NCBI GenBank assembly: GCA_031423795.1
Contig: JANPGH010000072.1
Span: 1,317-65,316, forward strand
Direction of reading: 5' to 3'
Source of the DNA: Elusimicrobiota bacterium
GTDB lineage: Bacteria > Elusimicrobiota > Elusimicrobia > UBA1565 > UBA9628
DNA: 64,000 nucleotides
Shown here: positions 1-9,103 of the stretch, one piece after another
Layout: every line of letters starts with the position of its first letter
Position numbering within the stretch: the stretch's first letter is position 1
The notes under the pieces: model-generated
Seen by the model: the letters and a program-made list of their open reading frames with translations, nothing else
Database searches by the model: none
Told to the model about the DNA's origin: nothing
Program-made: the position numbers and the translations under genes

Positions 1-226
1 CGTGGCGACAAGAATCGACGGCGTCGACTCAGAGAAACTCTGGAATGACGCTGTTCCCGGTACGCTCGGCGGCGTCCCCGTGAATTTCCCTTCAAAAGAA
101 TGCCTGATCACCAATAAGCGCGAAGCGGGCCGCGATAAGGATATCCAAGACTTAAATGCGCTTGAGGGAAATCGCACGAAGTCCCTCGAGAAAAAAAAAG
201 ACCGGGGCCACGGATTTGAGCTCTAA
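1..226 (+). CDS. C-terminal fragment of a nucleotidyltransferase-like protein (DUF6036-like), truncated by the window edge
   Basis: IDGV...LITNKREAGRDKDIQDLNAL matches the K-x-A-x-G-R-x-K-D-x-x-D-L ending of this family; frame open from the left edge. Confidence 0.6.
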   Translation, partial: VATRIDGVDSEKLWNDAVPGTLGGVPVNFPSKECLITNKREAGRDKDIQDLNALEGNRTKSLEKKKDRGHGFEL

Positions 227-281
227 AGAGCTCAACGAGATTCGGAAAATCCCTCGCGGAACATTCTCAGTCTCACCTTAC

Positions 282-309
282 AAAAACCGCCCTCCGGAGA
301 GAGCGGTTT
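282..309 (-). terminator. Intrinsic terminator for the 325..669 gene
   Basis: Minus strand reads AAACCGCTCTC-TCCG-GAGGGCGGTTTTT: 11-bp stem with one G-U pair and a T-tract, 15 nt after the stop codon. Confidence 0.75.
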
Positions 310-324
310 CTGTGCTTTGCGTGG

Positions 325-669
325 TCAGTAAGTGGCCTTGCCGCTGTAGCTCAAGCCGTCAGCCGAGAACGTCAACGTGACCGTTCCACAGCCGCCGCCG
401 AGGAAGTCCGAACACCAAGAGAAGCTTTGGGTCGTTCCGGCGTAAGCGGTAAGGGGCGTAGTCACTCTACAGCTGATCGTGTCGAACTTCTGGTGCTGTG
501 TCTCGTTGCAGGTGGTCTGCCCAAGGAGTGGGTCCACATAGGACGCCGCGCCATTTCCTGTCAACCGGCGAGTCTGGCCATTACCCTTGCCCGTGACCGC
601 TGATGCAACGGTAGCACCGAGCAGGCTTACGACAACAGCGAACGCTGAGATGCTGAGGATCGTCTTCAT
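325..669 (-). CDS. Small secreted hypothetical protein (114 aa, 4 Cys)
   Basis: AGGAGA Shine-Dalgarno upstream of ATG 669; Sec signal MKTILSISAFAVVVSLLGATVASA; own terminator. Confidence 0.75.
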   Translation of the reverse strand: MKTILSISAFAVVVSLLGATVASAVTGKGNGQTRRLTGNGAASYVDPLLGQTTCNETQHQKFDTISCRVTTPLTAYAGTTQSFSWCSDFLGGGCGTVTLTFSADGLSYSGKATY

Positions 670-1117
670 CAGTGTATCTCCTTGCTTGGGGTTGATGACG
701 AAGTAGGATAAATTAGCCCCTTTCGCACCGGACTCGCCCCACACCCACCCATTGTAGCCCCGCCCCGGAATTAATCAAGACCCAGAACATCAGATAAGCC
801 CTGATCACCGAGAGAAATGATTTCACCGGAATGGTGCGAAAATTGGCGTAAAACCGGGTATCCCAAAAAACGGGTGAAGGATAGATTTTGCGAACGGATT
901 TTGTCCCCCAAACGCACAACTAATACAATCTATGAGTTGGCGTTTCGAGGGCAGGTCTTAAAGGCCAATGTCATGGGCGATGGATTCCAATGGATAGGAG
1001 CGCTGGCGGGAGCAATTTGCGCTACTCTCACCACTGTTCACGGATTAAGGAGAGCTTGTGCCGTCGCCCGGGGAAACTAGGCCGTTTTAAGGCTGCCGGA
1101 TTTAAGGGCCTAAGACA

Positions 1118-1657
1118 TCACTCGCGCAGTAACGAGACGGAATTGTCCTCGACGCGGTAGAGTAGCGGCGCGACCGCAACCTTCGGGTATAGCAAGCGCA
1201 GCCGCCGCGCCTCGCTGAGGATGAACGCGTCTTCGGGGCCGATCTCGTGCTGTGGAGCGTGGCGGTCGAAGTGCTCCTCGGCCGCCTCCTTCGTCCAACC
1301 GGCGGCCATGAGTCCGGCGATAAAGGCCGGACGGCGGTTCACCAGGCCCGACATACCGCAGTTGGTATGGCCCATCAATGCGATTGCGCGTACGCCGCCG
1401 ACGGCGATCGCATAGGATACGCGAAACTCAGCAAGGCGCAGGTTCGCGCCCCCGGTGCGCAAAATAAACGCGAAGTTGTCGGGGAGGCGCAGGTGTTTGC
1501 GGCTGTCCATGCACATGCCAATCAAAAGTTCCGGTGCGTCCACGCGCCCGGGCAGCGGCACTTTTAAATTGTGATACCTCAGTAGAGCGCCGACCGGCGA
1601 CTTGCTCCATTGCTCCGGGATGTCCGCCTCCGAATGGATTTCGATGAACTCCTTCAT
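1118..1657 (-). CDS. Beta-class carbonic anhydrase
   Basis: Zn ligand motifs CMDSR and HTNCG; start overlaps the upstream stop (ATGA). Confidence 0.9.
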   Translation of the reverse strand: MKEFIEIHSEADIPEQWSKSPVGALLRYHNLKVPLPGRVDAPELLIGMCMDSRKHLRLPDNFAFILRTGGANLRLAEFRVSYAIAVGGVRAIALMGHTNCGMSGLVNRRPAFIAGLMAAGWTKEAAEEHFDRHAPQHEIGPEDAFILSEARRLRLLYPKVAVAPLLYRVEDNSVSLLRE

Positions 1658-3699
1658 GCCCCTGCTCCTTTTTCCGCAATTGGACGCAGCGCCGGGATGA
1701 GGGCCTTGATCCGCGGCAGCGAATCTTCGGCGGCTCGCTCGCCGGCCTTGATAATTTCAGGGGCCCGGTGGAGTTCGGTCCATGAGAAGCCCTTGAGATT
1801 GGGATGGAGGAGCACGTCGGCCAACTCCTGACGCGAGGTCGACACCTCGTACTCCATTGTGTAGATCATGTTGAAGAAGACGTCGATGATGTGGGGATTT
1901 TTCAAGAGTTGCGGGATGGCTGCCTGACGCAGCGTTTCCAGGGTGGCCGATGATTGCAGCGGCTTCTTTATACCGCCGCGCTGAGGGTGCGGGCGGTCCG
2001 CGGCGGGGACCGTTAGGTTCACCGCGATTAGGATATCGGCGCCCAGGTCGGCGAGCACGCGCGTGGGAACCGGATTGACGAGGCCGCCATCGACCAGATA
2101 ACGTCCGCCGATTTGGTACGGGACGAAAATGAGGGGCAGGCCGCAGGAGGCGCGGATGGCTTCGGCGACGCGGCCGGATTTGAGGACGACTTCTTCGCCG
2201 GTCTCGATGTCGGCGGCGACACAAGCAAACGGAATATCCAAGTCGCTAAATTCGCGAGATCCGAGGTAGGAGCGAATGAAACGCAAAAGGGTCTCGCCTT
2301 GGAAAATGCCGGAGCGCATGACCGTTAAATCCCAAAACAAATTTTCGTAGACCCAGCCCTTGTCGACGCGCACGGCCATCGTCTCAATTTCCTCGGGCTC
2401 GTAGCCCGCCGCGAACAATCCCGCGATGAGCGATCCCATCGAGGTTCCCGCGATGACGTCAACGGGGATTCCCTCGCGCTTGAGAACTTTAAGAACGCCG
2501 ATCGTCGCGTGACCCAAGGCGGCACCAGTCCCCAGAGCGAGTCCGACGCTAACACCCCCGAGGCGGCGCGCCAGCCGAGCGATTGCGGCGGTCGTCTTTT
2601 TCTCCGCGGCCAGAGCCTCTTCGATCTTGACGGAGGTGGCGAAAGCTTCGGCGACGGCGTCGCTCCACGGGATCATCACCCGGTCCGACCCGAAGAGGAG
2701 CGGGGCGTCCTCCGGCTCCAGGTCGCCGACCCACAGGCGCAACAGGCGCGACGGCTCGGGGACGATGCCCGGAATCTCCGCCTCTCGGTGGCGGAATTGC
2801 GGCCTCATCGCGTCGCACCCGGCCATCAGCACCCGGTCCGCCTCCGACAAAGTCGCGCGCTCAACGTCGCCGAGTTCGCCCGACGAAAGGCACACGAGCG
2901 TGAAGTCGGCTCCCGCTCGGAGCGAGTTCAAAAAAAGGTACAGCGAGCCGAAAAGACGGCCGCCAAGTGCTGCCGGCGGCACCGAGAGGATGCGCGATCC
3001 GGTCTCGTGCTCCTGGGCCAGTTCCGCGGCGACCCCGGGGTCGCGCAAATTCGCCGCGCGCAATTGTTCCTCGCCGATAACGCGCGGCTCGAGCCGCGCT
3101 GCCCGAGCGATCGTTCCCGCCTCCGGCGACAGGTCGAGGATAAGGACCTTCTTGCGCGTTTGCGCTGCAATCTCGCGCCCCAACTGCCAGGCCAGAAGCG
3201 CGCGGTCCGTCGACGGCAACGCAGGGGCAAGAACGATCAAGTGTGAATCGGTTCCCGGTCGCACCGACCCGGAGCTTTGCGCGATCAGACGCGTGGCCAG
3301 CGTCCTTGATAAGTGCAGCAGAATCGAGGGATGCTCGCGCAAGATGTCCTCGAAATCGGTGCGCGGCAATTTAAGGATCTCACTGGTCGCGTCCAAGCGC
3401 ACCGTCGAGGTGCGCGGGATACCGGTGAGAATGCCCGTCTCGCCGGCGACGTCGCCGCGGCCTAGGAAGGCGACGATCGTTTCCGCGCCCGCGACCGTAC
3501 GTACGCGTCGCGCATGTCCCGAGACGATCAGGTACAGCGCGTCAGGCGTGTCCCCTTCCCGGAATAAGGTGGCGCTTTTGGGCAGAGACAGTGGCTGCAG
3601 GCGTGCGGTGATCTTGCCCAGGTCCTCAGGCGAAAGTCCCGAGAAAAGGGAAATCCTCCGAAGGAACGGCTCCCAGGAAGAAATGTCCTCGGGCTTCAT
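1654..3699 (-). CDS. Cyclic-nucleotide-binding patatin-like phospholipase (NTE/RssA-like) with a central degenerate MinD/ParA-like domain
   Basis: cNMP domain (LFREGD, GETGIL, PRTSTV); patatin GTGAALG, GTSMG, DGG; start moved to ATG 3699, which overlaps the NUDIX stop. Confidence 0.85.
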   Translation of the reverse strand: MKPEDISSWEPFLRRISLFSGLSPEDLGKITARLQPLSLPKSATLFREGDTPDALYLIVSGHARRVRTVAGAETIVAFLGRGDVAGETGILTGIPRTSTVRLDATSEILKLPRTDFEDILREHPSILLHLSRTLATRLIAQSSGSVRPGTDSHLIVLAPALPSTDRALLAWQLGREIAAQTRKKVLILDLSPEAGTIARAARLEPRVIGEEQLRAANLRDPGVAAELAQEHETGSRILSVPPAALGGRLFGSLYLFLNSLRAGADFTLVCLSSGELGDVERATLSEADRVLMAGCDAMRPQFRHREAEIPGIVPEPSRLLRLWVGDLEPEDAPLLFGSDRVMIPWSDAVAEAFATSVKIEEALAAEKKTTAAIARLARRLGGVSVGLALGTGAALGHATIGVLKVLKREGIPVDVIAGTSMGSLIAGLFAAGYEPEEIETMAVRVDKGWVYENLFWDLTVMRSGIFQGETLLRFIRSYLGSREFSDLDIPFACVAADIETGEEVVLKSGRVAEAIRASCGLPLIFVPYQIGGRYLVDGGLVNPVPTRVLADLGADILIAVNLTVPAADRPHPQRGGIKKPLQSSATLETLRQAAIPQLLKNPHIIDVFFNMIYTMEYEVSTSRQELADVLLHPNLKGFSWTELHRAPEIIKAGERAAEDSLPRIKALIPALRPIAEKGAGA

Positions 3700-4253
3700 C
3701 CGTTTAGTACAATCTTCCTGAAGACGGCGCACGAGAGCAGGCCGATGATGGTCTTTGAGTCTCGGATCTCTCCGCGCTTGACCAGGTCGAGCGCATGACG
3801 CAGCGGCAACGTGACGCACTCCAGGAATTCATCCGCATCGGTCTCCATCTTCCCCGCTTTCAACCCTTCGGCTATATAAAGATGCAAAACCTCATTAGCG
3901 AACGCCGGCGTCGGCCAGTATTGAATCAGCGGCGTGATTTTTCGCGCGGTGAAGCCGGTTTCCTCGCGCAATTCACGGCGGACGCACGTGACCAAGGACT
4001 CGCCGCTGTCGATTTTACCCGCGGGCAGCTCCAAGGTCACCTTCCCGACCGGATGGCGGTATTGGCGCACCATAACGACTTTTCCGTCGGGCAGCAGCGG
4101 GACGACGCCGACGGCCCCGGGATGGTCCATGAACTCACGGGTCGCGCGCTTGCCGTTGGGAAGGCGCACGGTGTCGACCCGGAAATTCACGGCGCGGCCG
4201 CGCCAAACCGTTTTTCGGCGCACAAGTTTCTCAATGAGGCCGGCATCCCGCAT
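3696..4253 (-). CDS. nudF: NUDIX hydrolase, ADP-ribose pyrophosphatase type
   Basis: Nudix box GKIDSGESLVTCVRRELREETG; HPGAV, RQYRHP, DEFLE and IRDSKT motifs of ADPRases. Confidence 0.85.
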   Translation of the reverse strand: MRDAGLIEKLVRRKTVWRGRAVNFRVDTVRLPNGKRATREFMDHPGAVGVVPLLPDGKVVMVRQYRHPVGKVTLELPAGKIDSGESLVTCVRRELREETGFTARKITPLIQYWPTPAFANEVLHLYIAEGLKAGKMETDADEFLECVTLPLRHALDLVKRGEIRDSKTIIGLLSCAVFRKIVLNG

Positions 4254-4261
4254 CGTTTTCA

Positions 4262-4271
4262 ATCCTAGCAT
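4262..4271. promoter_or_regulatory. Overlapping divergent -10 boxes for dnaE and the NUDIX operon
   Basis: TAGCAT (+, 4266-4271) is 5 nt before the dnaE ATG; TGcTAGGAT (-, hexamer 4267-4262) is 8 nt before the NUDIX ATG; only 23 bp separate the starts. Confidence 0.6.
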
Positions 4272-4276
4272 TTCAT

Positions 4277-7200
4277 ATGTCACGACCCGAATTCGTCCAC
4301 CTGCACAACCATTCCGAGTACTCGCTGATGGACGGCGTGATCCGCCTGTCCGACTCCAGCGGGAAACCCTCGCAGGCCCTAAAAGACCTGGCGGCCTCGG
4401 GCGCGAAAGGTTTCGCAATCACTGATCACGGAAACATGTACGGCGCGGTCGAGTTCTACTCTAATGCCAAGACCGTCGGTCTAAAGGCGATCATCGGCTG
4501 CGAGATGTATATCTCCAAGGGCACTCGCTTCGACCGCGGCCACTCACAAAAGGAGAACTGCCACCTCACGGTCCTGGCGAAGAACTATGAGGGATACCAG
4601 AATTTAATGGAGCTGTGCTCGATCGCGTTCAAGGAGGGTTATTATTACGACCCGCGCATCGATAAGGAGCTGCTCGCTAAACACTCCAAGGGCCTGGTCG
4701 TGCTGTCGGGCTGCCTTAAAAGCGAGCTAAATCAGGCGGTCCTCTCCGGCGACCTCGCCCACTCGGAAAAATTGGTGGCCTGGTTCCGGGACAATTTGGA
4801 GCCCGACAGCTACTACCTGGAGATCATGGACCATGGATTAGAGAAGCAGCGCCAGGTCACGCAGGCCCTGCTCGAGCTGAACCGACGCACGAAAATTCCC
4901 CTAGTCGTGACCAACGACTGCCATTACGCCAAGCGCGACGACCACGACGCCCACGACGCTCGGGTTTGCATCGCGACCGGCCGCAAGCTCACCGACACGG
5001 ACCGATTGAAATTCGAAAGCACTGAGTTTTACATCAAGTCGCCCGAGGAAATGCACACGCTATTCGGCGGATTCGCGGCAGAGGGACTAGCGAATACGCT
5101 GAAGATCGCCGAGATGTGCAACGTTAAGATCCCGATGGACCAAATGCTCCTTCCCGAATTCAAAGTCCCCGACGGCTACACCCAGGACACCTACTTGGAG
5201 CGGCTGTGCCGCGACGGCTTGAGCGAGCGACTGCGCGGATCCTCGCGGACCGAGTACACCGAGCGGCTTGAATACGAGCTGGGCGTCATCCGGCGGATGG
5301 GATTTTCCGGTTATTTCCTCATCGTCTGGGACTTCATTAATTTCGCCCGCAAAAGTGGGATTCCCGTGGGCCCGGGCCGCGGCTCGGGCGCGGGCGCCTT
5401 GGTCGCCTACGTGTTGCGGATCACGAACGCCGATCCGCTCGAGCACAAGCTTCTGTTCGAACGGTTCCTCAATCCGGACCGCAAGTCGATGCCCGATCTG
5501 GACATCGACTTCGCCGACACGGGGCGCGATCGAGTGATCCAATATGTGCGCCAAAAGTACGGCGAGGACTGTGTGGCGCAAATCATTACCTTCGGGTCGC
5601 TGGGGGCGAAGCTGGTCGTGCGCGACGTGGGACGCGTGCTGGACATGCCGCTGCCTCAAGTCGACGAGATCGCAAAGAAGATCCCGATCGGCCCGAACGT
5701 CCACCTGCACGAGGCGATGCAGACACCAGAGCTTACCGAGCTGGCAAAGGATCCCCAAGTTCAGCGACTGCTCGCGCTGGCGCTTAAACTAGAGGGCCTT
5801 AAACGGCACACCGGCGTTCACGCGGCGGGCACGCTGATCACCAAGGAACCCGTCGTCAAATATACGCCGCTGGCCAAAGGCGCCAAATCCGACGTGGTGA
5901 CGACGCAATATGACGGCAACATCTGCCCGAAGCTCGGACTACTCAAGGTCGACTTCCTCGGCCTACGCACGCTGTCGATCATCGACAACGCGGTGAAGTT
6001 CGTCCGCGCGCGGCACGATCCGAAATTCGACATCGACGCCATCGCGATGGACGACGCCAAGACCTTCGAGCTTTTGCGCACGGCGAAGGCGCTGGCCGTC
6101 TTCCAGCTTGACTCCCAAGGGATGCGCGATCTTTTATACCGGATCAAACCGACGGTCTTCGAGGATATCGTGTCCTTGATCGCCTTATTCCGCCCGGGTC
6201 CGATGCAGTCCGGGATGTTGGACATGTTCGTCGACCGCAAGCACGGTCGGGAGGAAGTCTCCTACGACCATCCCCTCCTTGAGTCCATCCTCAAAGACAC
6301 CTACGGCTGCATGGTCTTCCAGGAACAGGTGATGGAAATTTCCAAGAAGCTCGCGGGATTTACTCCCGGCGAAGCCGACGGCCTGCGAAAGGCAATGGGC
6401 AAGAAGATCCCCGAAGAGCTCGAGAAGATGCGCGACAAGTTCGTCAAAGGCAGCGCGGGCAATGGGATTTCCCCGAAGCTCGCCAACAAGGTGTACGACC
6501 AGATGGTGAAGTTCGGCGGCTACGGATTCAATAAGTCGCACTCGGTGGCCTACGGCATCATCGCCTACCAAACCGCTTATCTTAAGGCGAACTACCCGAT
6601 CGAGTTCATGACAGCGGTCGCGACGTCAGAAATCGGCCATTCGTCGGTCGGCGCCGAGGACAAGGAAAACAAGCTGGTTACCTATCTCGACGAGACTAAG
6701 CGTATGGGCATCAAAATACTGCCCCCCGACGTCAACAAGTCGAAAGCCCAGTTCGACATTCAAGACGGGTGCGTCCGATTCGGTCTTCTCGCCATCAAGA
6801 ACGTCGGTTCGGGAGCCGCCGAATCGATCGCGCAAGCGGCCCGCGAAAAACCCTTTACCTCGCTCGACGACTTGGCCGCGCGCGTGGATCTGCACGCCAT
6901 CAATAAAAAATGCATGGAGTCCCTTGTTAAAGCGGGTGCTGCCGACGGGCTTCGGCCGAGCGAAGCGGCGCCGACGGCCCGCGTCCGACTCCTGGCTGCG
7001 ATCGATGAAGTCGTCGGTCGACAACAGCGGGTAAAGGCAGACTTGGACAAAGGGCAGGGATTGTTGTTCGGCGCAGCACCGCCGGCGGCCGGCGGCGGCG
7101 CTGATATGCCGGTCAAGCCTCTCTCCGAACATGACACCCTCGCCTACGAGCGCGAAGTGCTCGGGTTTTACTTCTCCGGCCACCCGCTGCTCAGCGTCAA

Positions 7201-7816
7201 GGCGCAACTCAAAGCATCAGCGACCCATGAGGTCGCGCAACTCAATCCCGCAGTCACCGCTGCCGTGCGAGTGTCGGGGATGATCAGCAAAATACGGAAA
7301 ATGGTCTCGAAAAAAACCGGGGAACCCTGGGTGATTGTGACCCTAGAGGACCTGACCGGTGAGGTCACGCTGCTGTGTTTTCCTAAGATCTATGCAACGG
7401 GGCTGTCCCACCTAGTTAAAATCGGGGCCTTTGTGGCGGCAACTGGTAGAGTTTCGTTTAAAGGAGAAGAGGCGGAAGGTGCCACCCCCGAGATCATCGT
7501 TGACGAACTGACCCCCCTCGACATGGCGGTATCACGCTTCGCCAAGCGCCTGCGCCTAAAATGTGACGCCACGATCGGGACCGAAAAGCTCGAAGCCTTG
7601 CGCGACGCGTTGGAGCGACATAGAGGGCCATGCGAGGTCGTCTTGGAACAGGAGTCCCCCGAAGGGTTGGCCCTCCTGGAAATCGACCAACGTGTGGTCT
7701 TGAGTCAGCCCCTATTTGAGGCGGTCGAAGGCATTCTCGGCGAGCACTGCTGGCACATCGACGCGAGCAACGCTCCGGCGACGATCGCGCCTCGACGCTA
7801 TACGAAGGGGGCATGA
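4277..7816 (+). CDS. dnaE: DNA polymerase III alpha subunit
   Basis: PHP HLHNHSEYS, GPGRGSGAG, catalytic PDLDIDF, YGFNKSHS and OB fold; 1179 aa. Confidence 0.98.
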   Translation: MSRPEFVHLHNHSEYSLMDGVIRLSDSSGKPSQALKDLAASGAKGFAITDHGNMYGAVEFYSNAKTVGLKAIIGCEMYISKGTRFDRGHSQKENCHLTVLAKNYEGYQNLMELCSIAFKEGYYYDPRIDKELLAKHSKGLVVLSGCLKSELNQAVLSGDLAHSEKLVAWFRDNLEPDSYYLEIMDHGLEKQRQVTQALLELNRRTKIPLVVTNDCHYAKRDDHDAHDARVCIATGRKLTDTDRLKFESTEFYIKSPEEMHTLFGGFAAEGLANTLKIAEMCNVKIPMDQMLLPEFKVPDGYTQDTYLERLCRDGLSERLRGSSRTEYTERLEYELGVIRRMGFSGYFLIVWDFINFARKSGIPVGPGRGSGAGALVAYVLRITNADPLEHKLLFERFLNPDRKSMPDLDIDFADTGRDRVIQYVRQKYGEDCVAQIITFGSLGAKLVVRDVGRVLDMPLPQVDEIAKKIPIGPNVHLHEAMQTPELTELAKDPQVQRLLALALKLEGLKRHTGVHAAGTLITKEPVVKYTPLAKGAKSDVVTTQYDGNICPKLGLLKVDFLGLRTLSIIDNAVKFVRARHDPKFDIDAIAMDDAKTFELLRTAKALAVFQLDSQGMRDLLYRIKPTVFEDIVSLIALFRPGPMQSGMLDMFVDRKHGREEVSYDHPLLESILKDTYGCMVFQEQVMEISKKLAGFTPGEADGLRKAMGKKIPEELEKMRDKFVKGSAGNGISPKLANKVYDQMVKFGGYGFNKSHSVAYGIIAYQTAYLKANYPIEFMTAVATSEIGHSSVGAEDKENKLVTYLDETKRMGIKILPPDVNKSKAQFDIQDGCVRFGLLAIKNVGSGAAESIAQAAREKPFTSLDDLAARVDLHAINKKCMESLVKAGAADGLRPSEAAPTARVRLLAAIDEVVGRQQRVKADLDKGQGLLFGAAPPAAGGGADMPVKPLSEHDTLAYEREVLGFYFSGHPLLSVKAQLKASATHEVAQLNPAVTAAVRVSGMISKIRKMVSKKTGEPWVIVTLEDLTGEVTLLCFPKIYATGLSHLVKIGAFVAATGRVSFKGEEAEGATPEIIVDELTPLDMAVSRFAKRLRLKCDATIGTEKLEALRDALERHRGPCEVVLEQESPEGLALLEIDQRVVLSQPLFEAVEGILGEHCWHIDASNAPATIAPRRYTKGA

Positions 7817-7886
7817 CCCACAAACCTCTGATTTCAGCACTGTATATTCTGCTAGAATTTCTCGAATCTTGAACCCTGGAGAAAAA

Positions 7887-8267
7887 ATGGCGGATCGAAA
7901 ACGCATTCTCGTCGCGGACGACGACCCCGATTTGTTGGATTTGTTGAAGATGGACCTCGGATTCCAGGGGTACGAGGTGATCGTGGCCGCCAATGGCAAG
8001 GATGCTCTTCAAATCGCGTTGACGGAACATCTTGATTTGGTCCTGCTCGATGTAATGATGCCTTACATCGACGGCTACCACGTCGCCTACGAACTGACCA
8101 ACAAGCTGGGTGCCAAAGCGCCGCGCATCATGATCATGACCAGCCGGGATACGGTCAAGGAGAAAGGTATTGCGCTCATGAGCGGAGCGGCCGAAGTGCT
8201 GCAAAAGCCTTTCGAAATGGCCAAGCTCCATGAGCGCATCCTCGCGAATCTGTCGAAACCCGCATAA
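7887..8267 (+). CDS. Single-domain response regulator receiver protein
   Basis: ILVADDD, LLDVMMPYIDG, MTS and QKPF motifs; GGAG Shine-Dalgarno before ATG 7887. Confidence 0.92.
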   Translation: MADRKRILVADDDPDLLDLLKMDLGFQGYEVIVAANGKDALQIALTEHLDLVLLDVMMPYIDGYHVAYELTNKLGAKAPRIMIMTSRDTVKEKGIALMSGAAEVLQKPFEMAKLHERILANLSKPA

Positions 8268-8286
8268 GGGCCTGTCAACTAATAAT

Positions 8287-9075
8287 ATGATCCGTCTTTT
8301 GGCTCTGGTCGCCGCATTAACGCTCTGGCAAATGGACGGTCTATGCGCCGAGTCCGCGACCACTAATGCGCCGAAAATCCGCACCAAATCCACTTCGACG
8401 GTCTCGTCCGACGCCACCCTGCAGCCCGATAGCGAGATCATCGACGCCCCGACCACGGGCGTGCTCGATTACCGGGGATACTCGACGCGTTCGCGCTTTT
8501 TCGCGGGTGGTGGGGTCCTGGGCTACGCGACTTTCGGCGTGTATCCCGGCATCAACCTGGGTGCCTCGGCCGCCGTCGACAGTCTGGTTGGCGACGAAAA
8601 GAAAACCCGGGTGCGTGCGCCCGCGATCCAGGTCAAATACCGTTTCTATGAAGGCGACGCAGAAATGCCTTCGTTCGCGGCCGGATACGACGGCCAAGGC
8701 TACCGCTACAACGCGGGCGACCGTCGTTTCAACCAGCGCCAGCGCGGCTTCTACGTGGTCGCGTCCAAGGAAATCGGAATTCCCGGCCTCCAATTCCACC
8801 CGTCCTTCAACGTCTCCGATTTCGATACGAACGGTATCTTCGGCTGCTTGCCCCTGACGCTCAACATCCGCGACAAGGTCGAAGTCCTCTTCGAGTGGGA
8901 TAACATCAATAATTTTCGCGACAGCCGCATCAACGCGGGCATGCGCGCGTTCCTGTCCCCCAGTTTTCATGTGGACTTGGCGGTGCGCGCGATCGGGGCC
9001 GGCGGCCGGTACGGTGACGGCTCGCCGAGGGGTCCCGAGCGCATCGTTCAACTCAAGTACACCAACAGCTTTTAA
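8287..9075 (+). CDS. Exported YjbH-like outer membrane beta-barrel protein
   Basis: Signal peptide; IIDAPTTGVL N-terminal motif; alternating beta-strands; ends LKYTNSF with terminal Phe. Confidence 0.6.
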   Translation: MIRLLALVAALTLWQMDGLCAESATTNAPKIRTKSTSTVSSDATLQPDSEIIDAPTTGVLDYRGYSTRSRFFAGGGVLGYATFGVYPGINLGASAAVDSLVGDEKKTRVRAPAIQVKYRFYEGDAEMPSFAAGYDGQGYRYNAGDRRFNQRQRGFYVVASKEIGIPGLQFHPSFNVSDFDTNGIFGCLPLTLNIRDKVEVLFEWDNINNFRDSRINAGMRAFLSPSFHVDLAVRAIGAGGRYGDGSPRGPERIVQLKYTNSF

Positions 9076-9103
9076 GATCATCGTTGTGAGCGGAGAGTAA
9101 GGT

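Noticed and set aside
973-1080. 35-aa hydrophobic ORF MGDGFQWIGALAGAIC..., and a GGCGATGG start resembling a fluoride riboswitch
   Set aside because: No clear ribosome-binding site or family motif; the rest of the riboswitch consensus is absent
1654-3699. CBASS or Pycsar defence system based on the cNMP-patatin
   Set aside because: No CD-NTase or cyclase is adjacent; the context next to dnaE is housekeeping, and the edge nucleotidyltransferase fragment is in a different transcription unit
4277-7816. Intein or split in dnaE
   Set aside because: Normal length and collinear motifs; no intein terminal or LAGLIDADG signatures seen
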